Part shown: positions 11,982 through 25,566 of the stretch, one piece after another
How positions within the stretch are numbered: the first letter of the stretch is position 1
How the letters are laid out: each line of letters begins with the position of its first letter
Source: Camelus dromedarius
Lineage: Eukaryota
Assembly (NCBI RefSeq): GCF_036321535.1
Contig: NC_087436.1
Span: 31,684,001 to 31,748,000 of the forward strand
DNA length: 64,000 bases
Direction of reading: 5' to 3'
Position numbers and translations under genes: made by a program
The notes under the pieces: model-generated
The model's input: only the letters and a program-made list of their open reading frames with translations
Database searches by the model: none
What the model was told of the DNA's origin: nothing

Positions 11982-14064
11982 TGGTAACAGTTTTTTGCAG
12001 CTTTTTTTTTTTTTGAAGTATAGTTGCTGTACAATATTATATAAGTTACAGGTGTACAGTATAGTGATTCATAATTTTTAAAGGTTATACTCCATTTATA
12101 GTTATTATAAAATATTGGTTGTATTCCCCATGCTCTACAGTATATCCTTGTGGCTTATTTTATACCAAATAGTTTGTACTTGCTGCTACCCTATCCCTAT
12201 ATCGCCACTCCCCGCTTCCCTCTCCCCACTGGTAACCCTTAGGTTTTTCTCTGTGTCTGTGAGCCTGCTGGGTTTTGTTATATTTACTAGTTTGTTGTGT
12301 TTTTTAGATTCCACATATAATTGATATCATATAGTATTTGTCTTTCTCTGGCTGACTCGTTTCACTTAGTATAGTGCTCTCCAAGTCCATTCATGGCAAA
12401 TGGCAAAGTTTCATTTTTTATGTCCAAGTGTATTCCAGTGTGTGTACACACACACACACACACACATCCATCAGGTCTTCTTTATCCATTCATCTGTTGA
12501 TCAACACTTAGGTTGTTTCCATATCTTGGTAATTACAAATAGTTCTTCTGTGAACATTGGGATGCAGGTATCTTTTCGAATTATTGTTTCTGTTTCTTTC
12601 AGATACACACCCAGGAGTAGAGTTGCTAGGTTATACGGTAGTTCTATGTATAGTTTTTTGAGAACCCTCCATACTGTTTTCCACAGTGGTTATACCAATT
12701 TACATTCCAATCAATGGTGTACGAGGGTTGCCTTTTCTCCATATCCTCAACAACATTTGTTATATGTGTTCTTTTTGATGATAGGCATTCTGACAGGTGT
12801 GATGTGATATCTCATTGTAGTTTTACCGATTTACATTTCCATGATGATTAGCAGTGTTCAGCATCTTTTCATGTGCCTGTTGTCCATCTGCATTTCCTCT
12901 TTGGAAAAAAAAAATGTGTATTCAAATATGCTGCCCATTTCTTAATCTGGTTGTTTGGGGGATTTTTTGATAAATTGTATAAGCTGTTTACATATGTTGG
13001 ATATTAATCCCTTATCAGTCATATCATTTGCAAATGTTTTCTTCCATTCAGTAGGTTGTTTTATCATTTTATCAATGATTTCCTTTGCTGTGCAAAATCT
13101 TTTAAGTTTAATTAGGCCTCCTTTGTTTATTTTTGCTTTTATTTCCTTTGCTTTAGGAGATGGATCCAAAAAAATATTGCTTCAATTTATGTTGAAAAAT
13201 GTTCTGCCTATGTTTTCCTTTAGGAGTTTTATCCAGTCTTCTTTTTAAGTCTTTAATCCATTTTGAGTTTATTCTTGTATATAGTACTAGAAAATGTTCT
13301 AGTTTCATTCTTTTACATGTAGCTTTCCAGTTTTCCCAGCACCACTCACTGAAGAAACTGTCTTTTCTCCATTGTATATTCTTACCTCCTTTGTCATAGA
13401 TTAATTGACCATAAAGTGTGTTGAGCTTATTTCTGGGCTCTCTGTCCTTTTAACTTCCCTAATAGCTTTGTGTGTGGATAATTCCCTACCTTTACTATTT
13501 GCCTTTACTGGTGAGCTTTTTCATTTTGTAATTTTCATATTTCTTGTTGTGACCTTTTCTTTTTCACCTAGAATAATTCCTTTAACATTTGTTGTAAAGC
13601 TAAACTTTTGGTTGTGCTGAACTTTTTTAGTTTTTACTTGTCTGTAAAGCTTTTGATTTCTCCATCAAGTATGAAGGAGAGCTTTGCTGGGTAGAGCATT
13701 CTTCGTTGTAGGTTTTCCCCTTTTATCACTTTAAATATATCATGGCACTCCTGGCCGGCAGAGTTTCTGCTGAAAAATCATCTGATAGCCTTATAGGAGT
13801 TGACTTGTATGTTATTTATTCCTTTTTCCTTGCTGCTTTTAATAGTCTCTCTTTATATTTCATTTTTGTCATTGTGATTAATTGTCTTGGTGTGTTCCTC
13901 TTTGGGTTAACACTGTATGTGACTCTCTGCACTTCCTGGACTTGGGTGATTATTTCCTTTCCTGTCTTTTTCACCGATGGTTGTTCTTCAGATAGTTGTG
14001 ATTGTGGTGTACTCAGGAGTTGAGTTCAGGGTCTTTCTACCCCACCATCTTGGCAATACCCCCA
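11982..14064 (-). mobile_element. L1 with both termini, two internal deletions, poly(A) and TSD
   Basis: Poly(T) at ~12002-12014; ORF2 C-terminal remnant (ORF 12942..13169); ORF1 3' half ~13580-13965; 5' start with CAAGATGG. Exact 15-bp TSD taaccattatgtttt at 11967-11981 and 14065-14079. Confidence 0.9.
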
Positions 14065-14229
14065 TAACCATTATGTTTTACAAAATGCCACTTATTGGTT
14101 GAAAAAGGGAGGACTGAGAATGAACCTTTCAGTGTGACACTCTGTGGTGGTATTGTTAACCATGGTAGGAGGAGTTTTGGTAGAATGCTGGAATGAAAAT
14201 GTATTTGGAATTAATTTAGAAGAAAAGGA

Positions 14230-15090
14230 AAATTGTTTCTTCCAGTTAATGGTGAGCTAGGAAATCTGTACCATAACTAAAAAAATTAGATGAATTACAA
14301 AAAGCATCTACTAAAAGCATTAAAGAACAGAAAAAAAATTATTACCAGTTTGACTATATCCCAGAATGCAAAATTATTAAAACATTAGAAAATACATTTA
14401 TATAATTTACCACATTAAGTTACTAAAAGAGAAATCACAGGGTCTCCTCAATAGATATGGAAAAAGCATATGAGAAAATTTAATATCTGTCCATTTATGA
14501 TTTTTAAATATATCTCTTAGCAAACTAGAAATAGAACTTCCTTAATTTTATAAAGGTATCTATTCTAAAGTAAACATTATTCCTACTGCAAAAAAAAAAA
14601 GTTAACTTTGCTTTGAAGATTGAGAAGATAACAAAGAAGTCTACTATTACCACTTACATTAGTTTTGTACCAGAAGTCCTAATCAGTATACTATGGCAAG
14701 AAAAAGAAATAAAATGTATACAAACTAAAAAGGAAGGAATAAGACAGTAAATGATTGTATATGCAGAAAGTCAAAAATAATTCATAGACAGATTATTAGG
14801 TGAACATACAGAATTCAGTTATATTTTACATACCAGCAACAAGCATTTCAAAATAAAACTTTAAAAATAGTAAAGTTTACAGTGCATCCAGAAATATCAA
14901 ATACCCAAGAAAAAATCTAACAGTGTGTAAGACTTACACGTGAAAAGTATGATACTAAGATATATTAAGATGTAAAGAAGGCCTAAGTAAGTAGAGATCA
15001 TGTTAATTGATCAGAATACTCAATATTATAAATTATTAACACCCCCTACAAACGATCTATAGATTTAGTGTAATCCCAGCCAAAAAATTA
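14230..15090 (+). mobile_element. Ancient L1 (L1ME-like) fragments
   Basis: Decayed ORF2-like motifs (caatagatatggaaaaagcat; aatactcaatattata; gatctatagatttagtgtaatccc). Confidence 0.65.
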
Positions 15091-15145
15091 ACCATCACAC
15101 TTCCTGTATCATACATGAGGAAACTCTGGACTTTAAAAAAGTTAT

Positions 15146-15447
15146 ACAAGTCCACAGTTCATTATCTGCAATTCCAAATTCAAAAAGCTCTGATAACAGT
15201 CTTTTCCTAAGTTAGCTGCCTACACTTGATGACAAAACCTGATGAACTGATCGATAGGAAGGTATTTATCATACAGGTATATTTATGTGGACACACACAT
15301 ACATACACACATATATACAGTTACACAGAAACATATATTTCCTATTAATATGTTTTACTGAGAAATATTTATTACCATTGTAATCTCTGTCCTACTCTAA
15401 ACCCCTGAAGTATCTTCCTTTGATGTCTTGGATTTTGCTATCTTGTA
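15146..15447 (+). mobile_element. Tigger16-like TcMar MITE
   Basis: tacaagtccacagttcattatctgcaattccaaattcaaaaagctctga start resembles the recalled Tigger16 consensus; the right end is uncertain. Confidence 0.5.
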
Positions 15448-17662
15448 TATATAACTTGTGCAAAACAGCTAATCACTCCCAGTAGATTATTGATAGTAAA
15501 TGTGTTTTATTTTAGTTTATATTCCCTGAAGTATCAAGCAAAATGATTTGGCAAAAGAAAACACATAGAATGTTGAATTTAATTGCCTTGAGTCTGTCAA
15601 ATAGTTTTAACACAACCCCATTAGTCTGGACTAGAAAGGTTGTTAAGACCCCTTGCAACTTATGACTTCAGGAATACATACTTGATTTTTTGAAAGTAAT
15701 TTTACCTCAGTTATACATGTATTTTATTATCAAGGAGTTTCAGATGATTCTCATGAGTTGTCTCACTATATAGGAGCCTATGAGTTGTGAGATTATCCAT
15801 ATTTTTGGAGGATGTTATTATTTCAGAGAAATCAAAGAATGTCTTCAAAAATTATAGATACCCTAGATTTTAAGTTACACGGAGCTTAGATTCTGCATAT
15901 GTATATTTTAATATGTAAGGTTAAATATATTTGACCTTGATAAGCACCTTAATTTTTGCAGCAAATGCCCTATGTTAAATTCATACGACTAAAATTATTT
16001 TAAATGCTCTAAGATGATTCATACTTCTAAAATAACCTCTAAAGTGTTTAACAAGGGAAAATTTTTGTAGTCTGTTTTCAATCATAGACAAACCAAAGAT
16101 TCTCATGAATTATTTCTCCTCTAGAACATAAACTGAGGCAGAGGTCTGGCACTGGGCACAGAATATTAGTGTTCTTACATTTAGCACACACAAAAGATCA
16201 AACTAGAAAGCAAAGTGAGAAAGAAGAGTAGACTTGAATCAACTTAGAGGAGGATACGAGAACACACCAGTGACATTAAACAAGATGGCCTGTACTTGTA
16301 AAAAAAAAAAAAAAGAAAGAAAAAATAGATAAAATACTGTATTAGTGAAAATAGTGAAAATATGTGAATAAATCTCAAATAATGAAACCCTGGTAACTGT
16401 GGTTATTTGATATAATCACTCACTGCCTTTAGTACCTACTAATAATATTAATAAGATGCTACTAGATTGGTAAACTCATTCATCTTTTGGTAAAACTCCT
16501 AATGAGCTAAATCAAGATAACAAAAGGCTTCTTAGATTACTCAAACCCAGTTTTCAAATATTGAAAAATATAATAGATTTTAAGAAGAAATATTGATCTG
16601 GCTTGAGAATCGAAGGTGTGAAATACAGTGCAGAAGATCCAAAGGTCAGCAGTGAATGACAATTTTGGAGGAACATATTTACTGGAATATAAAGGTATTT
16701 GGTAATCAAAAATTAATAGTAAATGATATCTTTAATAATTCCTTGTTTTTAAAATCTGTAATAGCAAATGTTTATATAATGAAATATATTTACATTTGTT
16801 GATTCTTTTAAGATGCAAACAAATCTTGACACTAAAACATAATTGAATGCTGAAATCTAAGAAAGAAATATCACAAAAGGGAATTCTTGTTTAATTACAT
16901 TACGGAATTACTAGTCCCACAGATATTATTTTAATTTGATCTTCTCTGTTTGGGACTTATACTATCAGTTTCATTACAGAACTACTAATCTCTCTCCTAA
17001 AGCTTTTAATATGACCCATTTGGGAAAAAGTTATGATTTCTACCCTCCTCCATATGAAAAACCTGATTAGTTCCCGTCCTCCCTCCCTTTCTTTCTCTCC
17101 TCTTACTGAATAGTTTTAGATGCCTGTGCCAGTATTTGAAGTGGAAATAGTTTTTTTTCTTCTCTGTTTTTTTTATCAACCTTATTTTATCTGACCATTT
17201 CAATAAATTTTCTTTTACTTTTTTCTTTAGGTATTCACACATAAACTTCAAATAACTTAGACCTTCTGATCTCAAATTCTTGGTCTTTGAAAAGATACCT
17301 ATTCTTATACTATTATCACCTCTTTGTTGAATTCTCCACTGCACCTCTTTCAGCCCTACATCTTTCTTAATGTTTGTCCTAACTTTGTAACTATCTATAG
17401 GATATTTACTGTTTGTCTTGTTATTATCTCAATTTCTACATTTCAAAACCCAATTTACAATATTACATCTTCCAAATAGATGTCTACCTCTAATGGTCTT
17501 TTCTCTGTTATTGGTGCCACTATTTCCCTAATCTCCTAGATATAAAACCTTTTAGCCATCTGTGACTCATTCTTTGTCTTCATCTTCTTTCAGTATCCAA
17601 GTACTGTTGATTCTCCTTTTGAAATGCCTCCTCTCTTTCCATTCCCACCATGACTCTATAAC

Positions 17663-18191
17663 TGCATTAGGTATCTACTGCTGTGTGACAAATTACCCTA
17701 CATTTTAGTTGCTTAAAAACAACATTTATTATTTCATAATTTATGAGCCAGGGAATTTGGGAGTAGCTCATCTGGGTGATTCTGGCTCAAGGTCTCTCAT
17801 GAAGTTACAATGAAGATGTCATATGGAGATTTGGTGGGAACTGGATGCCCATCTTCCAGACTCACTCACATGGCTATTGGAAGGAAGCCTAAGTTCCTAA
17901 CGGGTTGTTGCCACACCTCAGTTTACTGCCACGTAGGCCTTTCCACAGAGAAGCAAAAGTATCCTAAGGACATGGAAGCTGTCTTCTCCTAGAGCGAACA
18001 ATCTAAGAGAGAGCCAAGGAGGAAATCATAATGTCTTTTATGGCCTAGTCTCTGAAATCACATATCACTTCCACTTTATTCTGTTCATTAAAGGCAAGTC
18101 TGTGTCCAGGCCATATTCAAGATGAGAAGAATTAGACTACGTTTTTAAAAGAAGAATCTCAAAAAATTTATGGGTATATTTTATAACCACA
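17663..18191 (-). mobile_element. MLT1-type MaLR solo LTR
   Basis: tgctgtgtgacaaattaccc...gcttaaaaacaacatttattat...ataaccaca, typical MLT1 ends. Confidence 0.8.
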
Positions 18192-18558
18192 AGACCAAAT
18201 GTGCATATTTTTGCTCATGTGTAAATATTTGCCCACATTGATGTTCCATCTCAAGCTACCACTATTTTCCTCAAGTTTCCTGTATTTCTCCAGTCCATGC
18301 TAATATTTTCCTATTTTGAATTACTGAAGTACTGAGAGAGTCTGAAACTATTTTTCATTAACTGTCTTTTTAAAAATTTATCTTACCTCTTTTAGATTAG
18401 GGTTGATGGACAGACTTTCTTTATTCTTTTTAAAATTTTATAATATGACACAAATGCATAAAACATGTACATTTTTTACAAAGACATATTGCAGACAGCA
18501 GTGTAACCACCTCCCAAGTCAAGAAATGCACATACTATTTTCCAATTAGAGTCCTCTT

Positions 18559-21500
18559 GGAGGAGTGATGTCAGCATTATAGCAGCATAAGACATCTTTC
18601 ATTTTTGTTCCTCTCCCTTCAACGATAAACTTTGTCATCCATCCACAAACAAAAGTGACTCTGTCGGAGTTGTGGGATCTAGTACCATACATACAGAGAG
18701 AGATCCAGGAGGTGTTGCCCAGCCATGTGCTGGGTAATAGGCGCACAGACCTTCTTGGTATGGGCTGTGGAACTGGCAGAAGCCTATCAACTGGCTCCAA
18801 CCCCTTTCAGCCACAGCCTAGGAGCACTTGGAGATAACTGACTTGAGAAGATACTCATGGACAAGACAGCCTTTGCGGAAGTCCAGGTTTTCATGGGAGA
18901 AATTACAGCATTTTGTTGGAGAAAAACAAAACAAAACAAATTTGGATGCATTGGAGTAGAATTGAAAGGAGACATACAGCTTATGAATTCTGCCACAAGA
19001 GGGAGCAAGAAGCGAGAAGTAGGTGTATCCATGCAAGGTCAGAGAAGGCCCCAGCAAGACTAATAAAGATATCTCTCACCTGAAGACAGTATAGGTTGGA
19101 GGAGGTGACTGCTACTTCAGATGCAAAAATAGCAACACAAAACTCCAATGAACATGAAAAATCAGGGAAACATGACATCACCAAAAGATCACAATTTTCT
19201 TCTGGTAACCAAACCCAAAGATAAGAAGATTTGCAACTTACCCAATAAACATTTCCAAAAGCTGTTTTAAGGAAATTCAGTGAACTACAAGAAAACATAA
19301 TTCAGTGAAATCAGGGAAACATACATAAAAAGAATGAGAAATTTAATAAAGAGATTGAAATCATAAAAAAAAAAAAAAGAGCCAATCAGAATTTCTGGAG
19401 CTGAAGAATTCAGTGAATCAAATGTAAAATTCAATAGAGAGCATCAACAACAGAATAGATCAAACAGAAGAATCAGTAAGTTAGGGGACAGGAACTTTGA
19501 GGAGACATACCAGTGTAAGACAGATAGCCCGGTTAGAAGAGAACGAAGAAAAAGAATGACAAAGAGTAAAGAAAACCAATGTGATCTATAGGACACCCTC
19601 AAAAGAAGCAATGTCTGAATCCTTGGAGTTGCATAAGGAAAAGGGGCAGAAAGCTTATTTAAAGAAATAATGACTGAGAATTTCCCAAACCTGGGGAGAG
19701 ATTTAGATATTCAAGTTCATGAAGCATATGGATTATGCCATTATTGCAATCCAAAATTATCTTCACATTATAATGAAACTATCAAAAATCAGAGACAAAG
19801 AGAGAATCCTAAAAGCAGCAAAAGAAAAAAAGATTGTAACTACATAGAAACCCACATTAGGCTATCGGCAGGATCTTTACAGGCCAGGAGAGAGTAGGAT
19901 GATGTATTCAAAGTGCTGAAAGAAAAATATAGCAAACCAAGAACACTTTGTCCAATAGAGTTATCCTTCAGAAAGGAAGGAGAAATGAAGATTTTCCCAG
20001 ATAAACAAAAGTTGAGGAAATTCATGATCAGTAGACCTGCCTTACAAGAAATGCTAAAAGAAGCTCTTCAAGCTGAAAATGAAAAAAAAAAAAAAAAAGA
20101 AGAAGAAGACATATGAAAATATACAACACACTGATAAAGGTAAGTGATCAAATTCAGAAAACTCCAATACTGTAATATGGTAGTGTGTTAACAACTATAG
20201 TACAAAGGTTAAGGACAAGAGTATTAAAAATAACTCTAACTACCATAACTTGTTAATGAATACACAATATAAAAAGAGGTAAATTGTGACATTAAAAACA
20301 TAAAAGATGGGACATTGTGCTATACACCAGAAATTGACACATTGTAGCTAACTGTACTTCAATTAAATATATATATATATGTATATACATATATATATAA
20401 AAGGCAGGAGAGTAAAAAGTAGAGATTTTTGTATGCAAGCAAAGTTGATGTCAGCATAAGATAGACAGTTCTATCTATAAGATGTTTTATGACATGGTAA
20501 TACAAAGGAAAAACTGATAGTAGATTTTCAAAAAAGAGAGAGGAATCAAAACACATCATAATGGAAAATCATCAATCACAAAGGAAGGCAGCAGGAGAGG
20601 GAAAAAGGAGCCAGGGAACTATAAAGTAATCAGAAAACAGTGTATTAGAAGACATCAGTAAATCCTTACTTATCAACAATTACTCTAAATGTAAATGAAT
20701 TGAGTTCTTCAAAGTACGGAGTGGCTGAATGGATTAAATACAAGAGCCATCTATATACCACCTGCAAGAGACTCATTTCAGCTCTATGGACATATAGGCT
20801 CAAAATGGAAACCAAAAGAAAGCAGGGGTAGCTATACTTATATCAGACAAAATAAGACTTAAAGCCAAAAGCAGTAACAAGAGAAAAAGAAGGTCATTGT
20901 ATGATGGAGTTAACTCATCAAGAGGATGTATCAATTATGAGGATAACGTACCCAACATTGGAACACCTAAATATATTAAGCAAATACTGACAGATCTGAA
21001 GAGAGAAAAAGGTAACAGTTCAACAACAATGGGGTACTTCAGTGCCCCACTTTCAGCAGTGGATAGATCATCCAGACCAAAAAAAAGAATGAAACAATGA
21101 ACTTGAACTATACTTTACACCAAGTGGACCTAACAGACATACATAGAATGGCAGCAAAATTTACATTCTTCTCAGGTACACATGGAATTCTCCAGGATGC
21201 ATGATATGATAGGCCACAAGTCTTAGCAAATTTAAGAAGATTGAAATCATACTATTTTTTCTGATCACAGTGCTATGAAAAGTAGAAATCAACAAGAGGA
21301 AAACTGGAAATATTATAAAATGCGGAAACTAAATAGCACACGCCCAAACAACCAATGAGTCAAAGAAGAAATCAAAAAGGAAATCAAAAAATATCTCGAA
21401 ATAAATGAAAATGAAAATGGAAACATTTCAAAACCTTTTGGATGTGGCAAAAGCAGTTGTAAGAGGGAATTTTATAATGATAAATTCATAGATTAAGAAA

Positions 21501-22240
21501 AAAGAAAGATCTCAAACATCCTAACTTTATTCCTCAGGGAACTATAAAAAGAACTAAGACCAAAGTTAGCAGATGAAAGGAAACAACAAAGATCAGAGCT
21601 GAAAAAATGAAACAAAGACCAGAAAAAAAAGAAAAAGAAAAAAAAATCATCAAAACTAAGAGCTGGTTTTTTGAAAAAGTAAAGAACGTTGACAAACCTT
21701 TAGTTAGATAATCTAAGGGGAAAAAAAAGACTCAAAAGTAAAATGAGAAATGAAAGAGGAAACATTACAGTAGATACCATTGAAATACATAAGATCATAA
21801 GACTATTATGAACAACTGTATCCAATAAATTGGATAACCTAGAAGAAATGGATAAACTGCCAGAAACATACACCTTACCATATCTGAATCATGAAAAAAT
21901 GGAAAATATGAACAGACCAATAATGTGTAAGGAGATTGAGTCAGTAATCAAAAGCCTCCCAACAGAGAAAAGCCGAGGACCAGGTGGTTTTCCTGGTTAT
22001 TTCTACAAAACATTTAAGAAAGAATTAGTGCCAATCCAAACTCTTCCAAAATAAAAGGGTCATGTACCATGATCAAGTGGGATTTATCCCTCAGATGCAA
22101 GAATGATTCAGGTATGCATATCAATAAATGTTATACACCATACTGATAGAATAAAAGGTAAAATATGGTCATCTTAATCAAATGCAGAAAATTGGAAAAA
22201 ACATTTGACAAAATACAACAGCCTTTCATGATAAAAACCC
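18559..22240 (+). mobile_element. Large decayed L1: 5'UTR, ORF1 (~19120-20080), inter-ORF, ORF2 EN to early RT
   Basis: ORFs 19670..19897 and 19913..20116 are ORF1p-like; 20897..21100 (PNIGTPKYIKQILTDLK) is EN-like; 21830..22054 (DNLEEMDK) is ORF2. Many stops and frameshifts. Confidence 0.92.
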
Positions 22241-23080
22241 GTAGAACAGAACAGCATCAGAACAGGGTGAGGGCAGCTATTGCTGGTGTCTGAAGAGAGA
22301 ATGAATCTAGTGGTCCAGGGCTGTGATTGGTGCTGGGACTGCCACAGCCCTCATGATGACCCATGCCGATCACCCGCTCTGGCCCCTCTTGCTTCAGTGC
22401 TGCTCCCCTCTGGGGCAGTACTGGGAGCAGGGAGAGCATACACTTAGAGGAAGAGGAGCTAGCTCAGATATGACCCCCAGGGCTTATGCTCCAGCAGCTT
22501 GGTAGCAGGTCCCTGCTCCTAAATGGTAATGTTGGCTACCTAGCAGAGGAGCAGCCCTGGTTCACACTTGGCTCTGGCTCTAGCCCCTGCATCTCCAGAC
22601 CCACCTCCTACCAGTGTGATAGCTGCCAGCACACCCTGAGGGAAGATGTTACTAATGCTCACATCGGATAAAGCTCTCCCACCAAATCCACTGGGTGCAC
22701 ACAGACTATATAGGGTTACTCCCACACAGGGCCACCCCTTCAGGACTAAAATAGATAACTCTTTCATTTTCATAAAGACAGAAACTTAAGCAAAATGAGA
22801 AGATAGAGAAATGTACTTCAAATGTACTTCAAAGCAAAAACCCTGAAAAAACAACCAATGAAACAAAAATAATGTACCAGATAGAGTTCAAAGCATTAGT
22901 AATAAGAGTATTAACTGACTTAGTGAGAAGAATAGATGAATACAATGAGAATTTTAACAAGGAACTAGAAAGTTTTAAGAAGAACCAGTTGAAACCAAAG
23001 AATGCAATAAATGAAATGAAAAACACAAGAACAGATAAGTGATCGGATAGAATAGATAGAATACTGGAAATAATCCAATT
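22240..23080 (+). mobile_element. Second L1 piece: GC-richer 5'UTR and ORF1 N-terminus
   Basis: Composition shift at ~22240; ATGAGAAGATAGAGAAATG...gagttcaaagcattagtaataag is an ORF1-like start at ~22795. Confidence 0.7.
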
Positions 23081-23081
23081 A

Positions 23082-24070
23082 GCAGTATGGATATACCACA
23101 TTTTATTTATTCTCTCACTAGTTGATGGGCATTTGGATTGATTCCACTTTTTAAACACTTATTTTTAAACTGTGGTGAGATACACCTGTAACATTTACCA
23201 TCATAACCATTTCAAGTGTACAGTTCACTGGTATTAAGTAATTTACATTCTTGTACAACCATCACCACTCATCCATCTTCAGAACTCCTTCTGCCTTGAA
23301 AAACTGAAACACTGCCCATTAAACAATTCCCCAATACCCTCTCCTCCCAGCCCCTGCTAACTACTACTTCACCTTCTGTCTCCATGACCTTGACTACTCT
23401 AAGTACTTCGTATAAGTGGAACCACACAGTATCCATCCACCTGTGACTGGCCTATTTCACACAGGACAGTATCGCCAGGTCATTCATGTTGTAGCATGTG
23501 CATGAGTCTTCTTCTCTTTTAAGGCTGATAGGGAAGGACTCCTGTCATTTTATTCTTCATTTTTTATGTACCTTATAGCTTTTCTGTCCCTCCGTTTCTG
23601 CACTACTGTCTTTTATGTTTAGTTGATTTTTTGTAGTGAAGCATTTAAGTTCTTTTCTCATTTCTTTTTGTGTACATTATCCAGCTGTTTTCTTTGTGGT
23701 TACCATGGGGATTACATGTAACATAATTATAACACTCTACTTTGGGTTTATACCAGTTTAACCTCAGTTACATACAAAAACGTTGATCCTTTATACATCC
23801 ATCCCCACCCCTTTCAGGTGTTTCATGTCACAAAAATCACATCCTTATACATTATATCCAAAAACATAAACAAATATATTTTAATGCATTGGTTTCTTGA
23901 ATTTTATAGAAAAGAAAATATAGCTCCACCTTTTGTTTTTACATGATTGACGAGACTTACACATTTTTTACTGCAAGTATTAGTCTAAAAACTGGTATTA
24001 TTGCAACTTTGGTTTGTAACTTCACATTTTGTTTTCTATGTAAATTAAGAGATTAATGCATGTTTTGGAT
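23082..24070 (-). mobile_element. Mosaic of antisense L1 3'UTR and inter-ORF fragments
   Basis: ORF 22829..23158(-) begins KWNQSKCPSTSERINKMWYIHT (ORF2 C-terminus); L1MA/MB-type 3' end at ~23160-23530. Confidence 0.75.
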
Positions 24071-24774
24071 TTTGTTTATGTATCATAATACCATCTGCAA
24101 GATTTAACAGTTTTCTCTCTTTCCAATCATCATATATTTTATTTCTCTCTCTTATCTGTTGCTCTGGCTGTACCTCCAGTACAGTGCAGAATCAGAGTGA
24201 TAGTAAGTAAGGACCCTTATCCTTTTTCCCAGTCTCAGAGGGAAAGCTTTCAGTCTTCCTCTTTGTGCATTTTGTGTGTGTGTGTGTTTGGGGATAACTT
24301 CTATCAGATTCATAAAGTTCCTTCTTGTTTTTCTGAGAGTTTTTGTTGCAAATATTGAATTTTATAAAAGCTTTCTCCATATTATTTGAGGTAATCATTT
24401 GATTTTTTTTCTCTTTAATCTGTTAATGGATAAATTTTATGGATTGATTTTGCTAGTGTACTAAATTTGCTTTCCTGTAATAAAACCAACACAATTATAA
24501 TTCAGTCTCCTTTTATGTTGCTGGATGTAATTTGCAAGTATTTTGTTTAATATGTTTTCATCTATGTTCATTAGAGAGATTAACCTGAAGTTTTTCATTA
24601 TTGAACTCTCATTAAATGGTAGTATCAAAGTTATGCTAGCCTCAAAAATGAATTCTATTTTCTCATAAATTTTATGTATTAGAAATGTTTGTTCTTTGAA
24701 TGTTAGATCTTTTTAGTGAAACTCTCTTGACTTAGAGTTTTGTTGTTGCTATTGTTTTGGGGTTTCTGTGGGAA

Positions 24775-24871
24775 TTTTTTTTAATTGAAGTATAGTTGAT
24801 TTACAATGTTGTATTAGTTTCTAATGTACAGTATAGTGATTCAGTTAGGTAGATAGATAGGCAGGCAGGCA

Positions 24872-24922
<51 letters not shown>

Positions 24923-25566
24923 TTTTCATATTCTTTTCCATTATAGTTTATCACAAGATATCGAATATAGTTCCCTGTGCTATACAGTAGGACATTGTCT
25001 GTTTTATGTGTATATATATATATATATAAACATATATAACATATATGTAAACACATATATATATGTTTTACCTGCTAATCCCAAACTCCAAATTTGTCCC
25101 TTCCCCTCTTTCCCCTTTGGTAACCATAAATTTGTTTTCTATGTCTGTGAGTCCATTTCTGTCTTGTAAATAAGGTTATTTGTATCATTTTTTAAGATTC
25201 CACATATAAGTGATATATGATACATGTCTTTGTCTGACTTCAATTAATATATAGATCTCTAGGTCCATCCATGTTGCTGCAAATGGCATTATTTTATTCT
25301 TTTTGGGGCTGAGTAGTATTCCAATGTATATATATTCCACATCTTCTTTATCTAGTCGTCTGTTAATGGAAATTTAGGTTGCTTCTATGTCTTGGCTATT
25401 GTAAATAGTGCTGCTTTGAACATTGAGTTGCATATATCTTTTCAAATTAGAGTTTTCTCTGGATATATGCCCAGGAGTGAGATTGCTGGATCATATGGTA
25501 ATTCTCTTTTTTGTTTTTTAAGGAATCTCCATACTGTTTTCTATAGTGATTGTACCAATTTACATT
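24775..25566 (-). mobile_element. 5'-truncated younger L1 (3'UTR and ORF2 end)
   Basis: ttttttaattgaagtatagttgatttacaatgttg 3' end; degenerate TSD tctgtgggaat / tctgtagaaat. Confidence 0.85.
24875..24921. repeat. (AT)23 microsatellite preceded by short TAGA/CAGG repeats
   Basis: Read directly from the sequence; lies inside an L1 3'UTR. Confidence 0.95.

Noticed and set aside
18559..22240. Potentially active L1
   Set aside because: ORF1 and ORF2 are broken by many stops and frameshifts, and the element ends within RT.
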